A stretch of DNA of 63,377 nt, the filler included, from Octopus bimaculoides (taxonomy: Eukaryota): assembly GCF_001194135.2 (NCBI RefSeq). It is 6 parts of 6 records of this genome, joined end to end, with 100 filler letters (N's around TTAATTAATTAA, not from the genome) between each part and the next. Parts side by side here need not be neighbours in the genome. Positions count along the whole stretch, not along the records: positions 24,939 to 54,073 come from NC_068989.1; 5 more parts are not named here. One strand, 5' to 3'. Numbering within the stretch: position 1 is the first letter of the stretch; each line of letters opens with the position of its first letter. The notes below the pieces were generated by a model. It searched no databases and was not told where the DNA came from. It saw nothing but the letters and a program-made list of their open reading frames with translations. Positions 26,214 to 36,860 of the stretch are shown piece by piece. The position numbers were made by a program, and so were the translations under genes.

Positions 26214-27299
26214 NNNNNNNNNNNNNNNNNNNNNNNNNNNNNNNNNNNNNNNNNNNNNNNNNNNNNNNNNNNNNNNNNNNNNNNNNNNNNNNNNNNNNNN
26301 NNNNNNNNNNNNNNNNNNNNNNNNNNNNNNNNNNNNNNNNNNNNNNNNNNNNNNNNNNNNNNNNNNNNNNNNNNNNNNNNNNNNNNNNNNNNNNNNNNNN
26401 NNNNNNNNNNNNNNNNNNNNNNNNNNNNNNNNNNNNNNNNNNNNNNNNNNNNNNNNNNNNNNNNNNNNNNNNNNNNNNNNNNNNNNNNNNNNNNNNNNNN
26501 NNNNNNNNNNNNNNNNNNNNNNNNNNNNNNNNNNNNNNNNNNNNNNNNNNNNNNNNNNNNNNNNNNNNNNNNNNNNNNNNNNNNNNNNNNNNNNNNNNNN
26601 NNNNNNNNNNNNNNNNNNNNNNNNNNNNNNNNNNNNNNNNNNNNNNNNNNNNNNNNNNNNNNNNNNNNNNNNNNNNNNNNNNNNNNNNNNNNNNNNNNNN
26701 NNNNNNNNNNNNNNNNNNNNNNNNNNNNNNNNNNNNNNNNNNNNNNNNNNNNNNNNNNNNNNNNNNNNNNNNNNNNNNNNNNNNNNNNNNNNNNNNNNNN
26801 NNNNNNNNNNNNNNNNNNNNNNNNNNNNNNNNNNNNNNNNNNNNNNNNNNNNNNNNNNNNNNNNNNNNNNNNNNNNNNNNNNNNNNNNNNNNNNNNNNNN
26901 NNNNNNNNNNNNNNNNNNNNNNNNNNNNNNNNNNNNNNNNNNNNNNNNNNNNNNNNNNNNNNNNNNNNNNNNNNNNNNNNNNNNNNNNNNNNNNNNNNNN
27001 NNNNNNNNNNNNNNNNNNNNNNNNNNNNNNNNNNNATATATATATATATGTACACACACGTACACACACACGTACACACACACGTACACACACACGTACA
27101 CACACACGTACACACACACATATACATGTATATAAGATGTCTGTCTGTGTAACTGCATGCATTTCTACATTTTACAACCAATTTGCACCAAATTTCATAC
27201 ATAGGTTTCTGAAGTCATATTTTTTATTACCCACGAGGGGCTAAATAGGTTTCTGAAGTCCTATTACGCGTCGTAAGCTATTTTGCTTTTCCGTACATC

Positions 27300-27700
27300 G
27301 ATCTTGCGCCCCCATCCACCAAGGGTAGATAACCCCCTTAAGCCTCCCTCTTGGAGTCAGCAATACTATTGCATAAAGCGGCCCCATAATTCCTGCAGTT
27401 TGCATCCCATCTTCACCAAAATTAATCATTTGCTTGCTTATGGCCTACAAATAAAGTTGCAACCATGCACTTGTGCAGGTTTTCACAAAACGAGACGTAT
27501 TGATTACCCATGGTTCACAGAGGAAGGTGAACACATGAACTTTTACTTGAACTAATCAAGGGGACCCCCAGCGGGGCAGTAAGCCCTGGCGAGTCATTTA
27601 TTGAATTCGGCTATTGCAATGCAGCGAAGGGTCATAGCTTCTATAATTGGTAGTCCCATAAAATGAATTTCGACTCAGTTGTTATTCATTTACTACAGAT
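27300..27700 (+). mobile_element. Possible very degenerate RLE-type (CRE/NeSL-like) LINE 3' fragment
   Basis: Scattered peptides GDPQR and SAIAMQRRVIASIIGS resemble the GDPR...SIAIQRGNAASILG terminus; several frameshifts needed. Confidence 0.25.
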
Positions 27701-28224
27701 GAAGATACACTGAGGCAATTCAGCAAGAGGACCCCCTCGTGGACAATGAGCCTTAAATNNNNNNNNNNNNNNNNNNNNNNNNNNNNNNNNNNNNNNNNNN
27801 NNNNNNNNNNNNNNNNNNNNNNNNNNNNNNNNNNNNNNNNNNNNNNNNNNNNNNNNNNNNNNNNNNNNNNNNNNNNNNNNNNNNNNNNNNNNNNNNNNNN
27901 NNNNNNNNNNNNNNNNNNNNNNNNNNNNNNNNNNNNNNNNNNNNNNNNNNNNNNNNNNNNNNNNNNNNNNNNNNNNNNNNNNNNNNNNNNNNNNNNNNNN
28001 NNNNNNNNNNNNNNNNNNNNNNNNNNNNNNNNNNNNNNNNNNNNNNNNNNNNNNNNNNNNNNNNNNNNNNNNNNNNNNNNNNNNNNNNNNNNNNNNNCAA
28101 TTGCACCATAATTAAGTGTGGAATAGGGAGTTAAATTTTTTTTCCTTGAACTTTGGCGTCATTTCACACTCCAAACCAAGAAAGCGCGATTTAACCCAGG
28201 CGTAAATTTTGACGCCTACTGTAT

Positions 28225-28600
28225 GTGGATTGTTAATTACTCCACAGAATTTCTTAACTCCCTAGACCATCTCGGATTACCACCACATTTATTGCTCCTC
28301 GGGAATTTGGAACACGTCTGGTCGTCCAAAAGGCGATGCCTCATGTTATTGAGGCAACAATACTTACAGGATGTGGTAAGGGGGATACTGTCTTCATATC
28401 AAGGGTACCCCTCATTCCTTCCGGTAAAGACTTTCCTTTCACATTCAGAAGGCTGCAATTCCCTCTCCGTCTCAGTTTCACCATATCGATTAACAAAACA
28501 CAGCTTCAGACGCTGACGGCCGTACCGTAGAGTTTAATTTAGAAGAACCGTGCTTCTGCCATGCTCAACTATATGTTGGCTACTCTCGAGTGGGGAGCCG
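28225..28600 (+). mobile_element. Helitron RepHel PIF1-type helicase C-terminal fragment
   Basis: YSTEFLNSLDHLGLPPHLL, MPHVIEATILTGCGKGDTVFISRVPLIPSGKDFPFTFRRLQFPLRLSFTISINKTQLQTL, LEEPCFCHAQLYVGYSRVG (helicase motifs V and VI). Confidence 0.9.
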
Positions 28601-28811
28601 GACAGAAGGATCACACAGGAGAGTTAAGAAGAAGTGGAGATAACAAAAAGTAGTGATCCCAAAACGAAGTTGCGTGCGTGAGAGAATGCTGGTGATCTTA
28701 ACGTATGCATGTGTGTATGTAGGTGTGAAGGTGTGAAAATGTGGGGATAGGAATTGATCAGTGTTGGTTTGTGCGTGGTGGTGTGTTGTGATGTTATGTG
28801 TTGTGTGATAT
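28599..28811 (-). repeat. Partial second copy of the Penelope-like terminal repeat
   Basis: Near-identical direct repeat of 29479-29690. Confidence 0.9.
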
Positions 28812-28905
28812 GCTTTTGTAACTCGCGAGAAAACCCAAAATATAGTCTATAAGGAAGTTTTGTAGGCGCCCTATCCGCCAACAAGTAATCGCTATTTTTT
28901 ACAGC

Positions 28906-29213
28906 TGTTTCTGCTATAAGATGTAATGCGCGCATAGTTAAATGCTTGTATATTGCCCTATAGCTTCATCGGAGTTTCAAACATGAAGTGCAATTTTATT
29001 TGGGAAAGCGAGGCTTCTCCTACTCGAACTCCTGAATTCATTTCCTACGTACGTTTATCCTTTTCTGCGTTGGCAATGCTTTCTTCAGAGTATATATTTA
29101 AATGTAAATGTTTTCACAAATGAAATTGAACTTAAAGTTTGAAGCTCCGATGAAGCTAAAGGGTGATACACAAGCATTCAACTATGAGTGCATTGCATCA
29201 TATAGCAGAAACA
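28906..29213. mobile_element. MITE of about 308 bp with about 77-bp TIRs
   Basis: tgtttctgctataagatgtaatgc...gcttcatcggagtttcaaac versus gtttgaagctccgatgaagc...gcattgcatcatatagcagaaaca. Confidence 0.88.
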
Positions 29214-29289
29214 CAGAAACAGTCCAAAGGAGAAGAAGAAATTGGCAACGGACCACCTATAGCGACATTGCATATATATATATATATAG

Positions 29290-29705
29290 GCGAATTCACG
29301 AAAAACAACAGACGAGGACAGGTGGTGTAAACAACAAATGGATGTGTTAGTATAACGCTCGAGAATAGAGAAAGTCTTTAACGTTTCGAGCCTACGCTCT
29401 TCAACAGAAAGGAACACAAAAAGAAACAAGGAGAGAAAAAAATATATGTGTAGTGGTCAGTGATCTATCATGGCGAATGCCGGACAGAAGGATCACACAG
29501 GAGAGTTAAGAAGAAGTGGAGATAACAAAAAAGTAGTGATCCCAAAACGAAGGTGCGTGTGTGTGAGAGAATGCTGGTGATCTTAACGTATGCATGTGTG
29601 TATGTAGGTGTGAAAATGTGGGGATAGGAATTGATCAGTGTTGGTTTGTGCGTGGTGGTGTGTTGTGATGTGATGTGTTGTGTGATATGGTGTAGCGTGG
29701 TGTGA
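29290..29705 (-). mobile_element. Penelope-like terminal repeat (pLTR) fragment flanked by (TA)n
   Basis: Contains a hammerhead-like motif; (TA)n on both sides; a partial duplicate lies about 880 bp upstream. Confidence 0.55.
29376..29411 (-). ncRNA. Minimal hammerhead-like motif, core variant CUGUUGA
   Basis: cttt-CTGTTGA-A-gagc(gtag)gctc-GAAAC-GTT-aaag: stem I 4 bp, stem II 4 bp, palindromic ACGT stem III. Confidence 0.55.
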
Positions 29706-29936
29706 TGTGAATATATATATATACATATATACAAAATATGGGTGTTTAGTTCACTGGTAATCTAAACGACTAGGTACGCTAGGTAAATGCTGTAACGGAT
29801 TACTAGGGCCCCAAGGTTATAGCCATTGCAGATTTCCGATATAGCGAATATATAATTGTTAACGAGGACAACAAACGTTAAGGCAAGACAAATATCTCCA
29901 GTCAGATACATTACCATTATTGGAAAAAAATTCAAA

Positions 29937-29992
29937 GTCTTACAGCTGTTTCATGGATATCACAAAGTATGGGATATTCCGTCATCGGAGAC
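29937..29992 (-). ncRNA. Degenerate hammerhead-like motif with long stem II
   Basis: gtct-CCGATGA-c-ggaatatc...gatatcc-at-GAAAC-agct-GTA-agac; palindrome ACAGCTGT. Confidence 0.45.
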
Positions 29993-30174
29993 AAATAGAG
30001 AAAATGAGAAGGGTATAGATTGATGAAGTGACGACATAGAGGACGGGAGAGAAGGAATAAGGAGATGAAGAAAGGGGAGAAAATGGGAAGAAAGAAGGGA
30101 AGAAAAAGGAAGCAGTTCAGCTTTCCGAACATGTAGAAGTAAGTTTGTTGTCCTCTTTAACAATTATACACACA

Positions 30175-30368
30175 CACACACACATATATATGCACACACA
30201 CACACACACATATGTAAATATATATATACACAAATATATACATATATATATACATATATATACATATATATATACATATATGTATATATATATATATATA
30301 TATGAATATATATATATATATATATGTATACATACATATATATATATATGTATATATATATATACATA

Positions 30369-30408
<40 letters not shown>

Positions 30409-30490
30409 TAGAAATATATATACATAGAAATATATATATATATACATATACATACATACATATATATGTTTATATATATGTTTATATGGT
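30175..30490. repeat. (CA)n/(TA)n compound microsatellite
   Basis: Direct reading. Confidence 0.97.
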
Positions 30491-30591
30491 TGGATGTACG
30501 CGCGTACTCCTATTTGTGCGTAAATATTAATCGCATCGAAAACGTGTCTATCGCAACTGACAATTGACTGAATACAGAGCTACTTCTTCCC

Positions 30592-30693
30592 TGACGTCAC
30601 CACAGTAACAGTGAGAAGGAGAAAATCGCTAGGAAAACAGAAAAAAATCTCCAAAAGAAATGAAAAACAAAAACAAAAACAACTAGCGGAAGT
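30592..30693. promoter_or_regulatory. Candidate regulatory island (CRE plus ETS motif)
   Basis: TGACGTCA at 30592-30599 and CGGAAGT at 30687-30693 in non-repetitive sequence; motif match only. Confidence 0.2.
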
Positions 30694-31005
30694 AATGATG
30701 TACACATCAGAAATGCAGATAATCAACTGACAATACAGGCTGAGTTAGTGATTGTCTTAACAGCAGGTTGTTGCTTCCTACGTTTCTCCATCTTTTCTGA
30801 TAAGCATTTTACCTTTCCATATCTCTCTGCTCATTTTGCCTGTTTTTAAAAAAATTTTGTTTGTTTGTTTGTTTTTTGTTTTTACTTTAATAAGCATGCA
30901 AGCTATACGCATACGTACGCATGCGCACAATCTTGCATTTATTAATACATTCATATATATACATACCAATATGGGCGAATACTTTTTTCCGTGAGTGTAA
31001 TTTTA

Positions 31006-31055
<50 letters not shown>

Positions 31056-31338
31056 GTGCATATGTGTGTGTGTAATGCAGCGCATTTTTCTTGTCAGTGA
31101 ACAGGTCGCGGTTTCGAGCGACGAATATTTTGACACCATATTACAAACATATGTTTAAGTGAAGTTAGCGTGTCTGTTAACACAATACAGGCACATATGT
31201 GCATATGCATACTCATGTAGGCATGCATTCTCATACTGCCATACATACTATGTTATAAACGCACACATATATAGACGCATATATCTATTTAAAGTCACAC
31301 AGTCTGATATGAACCCAGGAACACGCGCACACAGACGG

Positions 31339-31415
31339 GCAGACACACATACAGGCAGACGCACATACAGGCAGACACACATACAGGCAGACACACATAC
31401 AGGCAGACACACATA
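31339..31415. repeat. 16-bp minisatellite (acacacatacaggcag), about 4.5 units
   Basis: Direct reading. Confidence 0.9.
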
Positions 31416-32174
31416 CACACGCACATACACACACACACATACACACACATGTGTTTGGATTAAGCTATTGGCGTAGTATAATGCTAATTTCAGTGTTCAT
31501 TAGTTAGATCCAATATCTGATATTGTTATGCAAATCGCTAAGATAATCGTTTAACCGTCTCAATGACTACTAAAGATATCAACAGAAACAACGACGACAA
31601 CAAAAAGAACGACAACAACAACAACAACCACAATAGCAATAAATGTATCACACATCGCATTATCACATGTAGGAGACAGACTCACTACACAATGAAACAA
31701 ATAAACTCAAACTAAAGGGCCATGAGGCTAGTTTGTTGCTGCAGCAACAATCACCAGCGATCATAGTCTCTGCTGCTAATTGTACTGTCACAAAACCTCG
31801 ATGTTTCAACGAGAGCATGTACAATCACCAATCTTTGCACTTCCTGACCTTACATTTACAGTCACCAATTCTCATATTCTTTACATTACATATACAACCA
31901 TCAGCTTTACAGTCCCTAACTCTATAGATTTGATCACCAACTCTCGTAGCCTCTCAGAGTTCCTGATAATACATACACAACCACCAGCAATTCCATTGTC
32001 TATCAGAATATGAATAGCCATCACCCCACATAGACCCTATAGCTCTACGTACGATCTAAAATATTAAAAAAAATCATGATCGCTTTGTTTTGCCGCAAGG
32101 GCAACAGACGAGGGACATAACAAAACATACATACTAACAGTGGAGGTTAGGTTGTAGAATGTTGAGAGAGAAGA

Positions 32175-32380
32175 TATTAAGGCAACAAACTGGCAGAATC
32201 GTTAGCAAACCGGTCAAAGTGCTTGGCGCCATTTCGTCCGTCTTCATGTTCTGAGTTCAAATTCCACCGTGCCTTTTATCTTTTTGGGTTCAATAAAATA
32301 GGTACCAGTTGAATACTGGGGTCGATGTAACCGACTTGCCCCTCTCCTAAAATTGATGGCCCTGTGCTCAAATTTGAAAG
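32175..32380 (+). mobile_element. SINE family C
   Basis: ctggcagaatcgttagc...ctgagttcaaattcc...tactggggtcgatgtaa. Confidence 0.82.
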
Positions 32381-32809
32381 GGAGACAGCCAAAGAAGACC
32401 AATCAGGGAAATTCTAAAAATCCCGGATCGCCATTATCAATGGTAAATACCTTTTCCTAGTTGTGGTCTCTCGCCTACAGCTGTATATTTAAAACAGGTC
32501 CTTTTCGTCACATCAAGATCATCACTCATCAAGTTTCCTGGAGTGCAATACTTCTTCAGTTCGTTTTCAAGTTTTGCATGAAAAGTTAAAACCATGGCAT
32601 GAGAAGAAAAAGAAAACTGTCCTCTGTCTTTTCAGTTGAGTTCATCACACTACATATTTTGCCATTGTCACCAGATGGAGAGGAAATATCTGCTCTGGGT
32701 GGCAGACGATTTTAGTGACCGACTCAGTTGAAGACGGGTTCGAACTATAGGCAGTAACAGCTTTTTGATGGAATTCCAAAGAAAAGATCAGATACGATTA
32801 AGCAAAGTA

Positions 32810-33357
32810 CAGAGTTAATGAAAAAGAATGAACCAATTTCATTACGTAATATTTTAGCGAAGAAAAGCAATAGAAAATTCCAACTAAGTCACAGGTATTT
32901 ACTCATAATCAACTTTCATTTCCTGTCTTGTAAGTGTTAAATGTAGCCACCACCTGCAGCACGGGCAGCGTCAATGCGATAAGAGAATTCCTCCCAGACG
33001 CGTATCAGTATATCAAAAGCAAGTTTATTATGGATCTAAAGAATACATTTGCTTTGCTTGAGGCGATTCCAGAAGATATTGACATAGAAGGGAAATGGAA
33101 TACTTCGGTAAAGCATTCAACCAGACAAACAAAAAAGCACTCAGTGGGTCGTGATATGCTAATACACATCTGGGAGGAATTCTCTTATCACATTGATGTT
33201 GCCCGTGCTGCAGGTGGTGGCCACATTGAACACCTGTAAGACATAAAATAAAAGTTGATTATGAGTAAACACTCGTGACTTAACTGGAGTTTTCTATTAC
33301 TTTTCCTTATTAAAATATTGAGTAATGAAATCGGTTCATTCTTTTTGAATAATTCTG
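32810..33357. mobile_element. Tc1/mariner MITE built from two inverted transposon 3' ends, TA TSD
   Basis: About 200-bp arms (32810-33008 and 33158-33357); TA at 32808-32809 and 33358-33359; arms encode ..WEEFSYHIDVARAAGGGHIEHL* and its inverted homologue. Confidence 0.9.
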
Positions 33358-35154
33358 TATATGGAAGAATTTCTTTATATTTCATACAAGCCGCAGAGCT
33401 CTGGCTAAGGGCACAGCTGTGCCTGTAGAATTTATTCTGGAAAGTTAAGGATTTCCAGAAACTCAACCCAACCAAAGGCGTTTGGAAGAGGTCCATAATT
33501 CCCAGGAAGAGACAACTGGGCACACTCAAAGCATCCTTAAAATATCTCCACTCATTCCTGTAATAAAAGTCTATAAACTGAAAAATTTGGAATTCCACTA
33601 GTTGCAAAGAATGACAATAGAGGGCAGTGAGCGCCTGGAAATAGTTCCCGTTCAAGCTCAGATGATTTATAAGCGAAGCAAAAGGTTGCAGGTTTCAAGG
33701 AAAGCTGTAATCCCTTAACCTAATTCCAGTATTTGACTGGGATTCTATTTCATCGACCATTGAAAAATAAAATGCGAAAGCGACTTCAAAAGGATTTGAA
33801 TTCAGCGTGTAATGGAACGAAACTAAATACCGGAAAAGCTATAACAATCCTATATTCTTTGAACGAATATGCAGTTGACCGTCTGAGAGGAGTTTTTCAT
33901 TTCACGTAACTAATCTATACGATGCATGCATACAATTAATATATGTATTCGTCTACACTAGTCAACGGTTATAGCCAGATATTTGCATACATCATGTGAA
34001 GAGCTTTTTAACATTACAATAACACTTGAGATTATAAAAAAGAAACATGCATACAATTATATCTATTGCAATGTTCGAGATATTTGATATTCTAACGACT
34101 AAAGTTACTTCATACATAACATCACGTGTTTCTGGCTTCTACGAAAGAAAAGAAAAATAAAGCGAAATCAAATAATAAAATGATATACATGAATATGCAT
34201 GTAATTTTTACAAGTCATTATCATTTTCATTTCGACAAGACGATGTGACGAGGATGGTCGTGTATCAGGCTATATTTCTTATGTTTTATTTTAGTGCTCT
34301 TCATCAGGAGTTCAAATCTAACTTCATTCAATATTACTTTTCATTTGATCGGGTTTCACTTCGTAACTTTTTGATGTTGTTGATGTTACTGAATACGTTT
34401 ATTCTCAAGTGGAGCCTAGTCTGAGCAAACTGTAATCAATGTCGATCCGACCGTCACTATCTCTCCTATCTAGAGATATCTAAGACTGCATTATGGAATG
34501 TGTCCTTTTTTAAAAACACAGTTGAATGTTATTTGAAGGAAATTCGACTGGTATTTCTAGAGGTCTAGCGACCAAATAGGTGTTCCATCGTTTGCTCACA
34601 TAGCTATCAACAATGTTCTGATGTTGATCTGAGTAATCAAATCCCTGCAGTATGGGAACTATGAGTAAAGGCATCTTTGTGCGGTTAAGAATTTCGCTTC
34701 GCAACTTCCTGGTCTCTGATTCAATTCAATTTCGCGGTCCATTGAACAAGTGGGTCTACTACAGCCTCGGGTCAGCTAAAACTTTAAATGAAATTTAGTA
34801 AACAGTAAATGTGCTGCAGGCTGTCATGGATGTAATATGGCCGAATGGTTAAGAAGTTCCCTTTGCAATCACAAGATGCCGGGTTCGATCCTACAGCATG
34901 TCATATTGGGAAAGTATCGTCTGTTATTGCCTCGGATCAACCTAAACCTGATGAGTGTAAGTGGGCAGGTGAAAACTGCGGAAGCCAGTCGGATGAACTG
35001 TAGCCGTTAAATAGTCAGCCGCCTTATTAAGATGTAATGAGGAGAAGAATTCAATACATTCAAAACCATAAGATGCACACTTTAACATAACATTTATTAT
35101 ATTCGGCGTCTGGTAAATAAGTGGAAATTAAATGAAACATATTATATAAGTAGA

Positions 35155-35550
35155 CGCAGGTCTGGTTGTGTGGTAAGAGTAGGCGCAGTTATGACTGTGT
35201 AGTAAGAAGTTTGCTTCTCAACCACATAATTCCGGGTTCTGTTCCACTGCTTGGCACTTTGGGCAAGTGGCTTTTGCTATAGCCTCGGGTTCGTTAAAGT
35301 CTTGTGAATGGATTTGCGTGACCGAAACTGAGAGAAGCACACCGTGCATATGTATATATATATGATATGTGTGTGTGTGTCTTTTCCACCACCACCGCTT
35401 GACAATCGGTGTTGATTTGTTTACTTCCCTGTAATTTAGTGGTTCGCCAAAATAGACCGATAGAATATATACTAGGGGTCGATTTGTTAGACTAAAAACT
35501 CTTCGAGGCAGTACCCCAAGGTGGCCGCACCATAATGTCTGAAACAGGTA
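35155..35550 (+). mobile_element. SINE family B, diverged, duplicated head
   Basis: gtgtggtaag...ccactgcttggcactttgggcaagtg...atgtctgaaacaggtaagaa. Confidence 0.78.
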
Positions 35551-36064
35551 AGAAAACAAGATATGCAAACACTAAAGAAGTTAGGGTTTGAGAGATCGGA
35601 TCTTATCAAGATTCCCATTGGGGTTTACAACGAAATTGCAAGATTCTCCTACTGAACGGGACGCTAGTCCACCGGAGGATTAATCCCTTGGAGCACTTGA
35701 TACTCATTTTTAATTGAGAGCCTTGAAGAAACGTGAAATGAGATATCACGCTGAAGGACAAAACGAACTGCCCTATCCAAGAATCGGACTGACGCCCTAG
35801 CAACCGTTAGCCCAACTGTTCAGAAAGTGATGACAGAATCATACTAAATGACTTATAGTGTTTGAATTCGTCACTCACACGTTCCGAAATCAAATATTCG
35901 CATGAGTCGATTTCGTCGATGCACAGAGATCGATAAAATAGAAACTATTAATATAAAATCGATTCAGTTGAATAAGTAATTCTCCGGCACGTTTGGGGGC
36001 GATTTACTAATGAAGCACTGACAGAAGGTAATTTGGTATAAAACCGCCTCGGCTATTTCTGATG

Positions 36065-36099
36065 GTGTGCAGCTGATGACAGCGATGATGGTGGTGATG

Positions 36100-36136
<37 letters not shown>

Positions 36137-36230
36137 CAGCGACAACGACGTCGACGTCGACGATGACAACAATGACGATAATAATGATGGTGGAGATGGA
36201 GAGGAGATAAAGAGGATAATGAAAACGATG
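36065..36230. repeat. (GAT/GAC)n array
   Basis: Direct reading. Confidence 0.93.
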
Positions 36231-36329
36231 ACGATCTGACAAACAAAAGTTGTAACTAACCATGCGCTTCCAACTGGTTAGATCTGGTATCGCTCCTAGA
36301 AGGATGATATGACCACAGCTAGGGATCCC

Positions 36330-36575
36330 TCATTCACAGTCGTTTTACTGCGCGCTGGGCTGTTCTGTATACTCGCGCTGATATGGATTGTCATCATGTA
36401 TGCTAGTTAACCTATAACTGAGAACCAGACAAGGGAAACTACTTTGTGTCAGAGTAGACCTGGGAACAATAGTGGCTCTTGGCAATTCCACAATCCTCGA
36501 AACTCTAGAACGCCCGAACCAGAGCTCTACTACCGGATGCAGTTTAAAGTCATACCCAGGACATACATAAATACA
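36330..36575. repeat. Interspersed repeat family G
   Basis: Colinear with 2335-2527. Confidence 0.5.
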
Positions 36576-36649
36576 CACATGCACACACAGAGACACACAC
36601 ATACATACATACATACATACATACATACATACATACATACATACATACA

Positions 36650-36860
36650 TGATGGCTGCCCCCTCGTTATCGAGTATGGCCATTGCACGAAGCTTAACTT
36701 AACGGTGCTGTGATCGAATGTGACTTTTTAGCCCAGCCAAAGATCTACAATGTCTTGCACAGAGTTGGCATCCAAAACCTTTACTGGCAATAGCTGGCTG
36801 TTGTTGTAATTTGGCTCCATGTACCTTTGCGTGTCGTTTAAGTCCTCCTGCTGAATCACA
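36650..36860 (-). mobile_element. RTE-type LINE 3' end with C2H2-like finger and (ATGT)n tail
   Basis: SAGGLKRHAKVH...FGCQLCARHCRSLAGLKSHIRSQHR*, short 3' UTR, (CATA)n on both sides. Confidence 0.65.

Noticed and set aside
34944-34980. ctgatgag...gaaaac as a hammerhead
   Set aside because: It is the mutated cttgtgagtggatttggtagacggaaac segment of SINE B, with no stem II or cleavage triplet geometry
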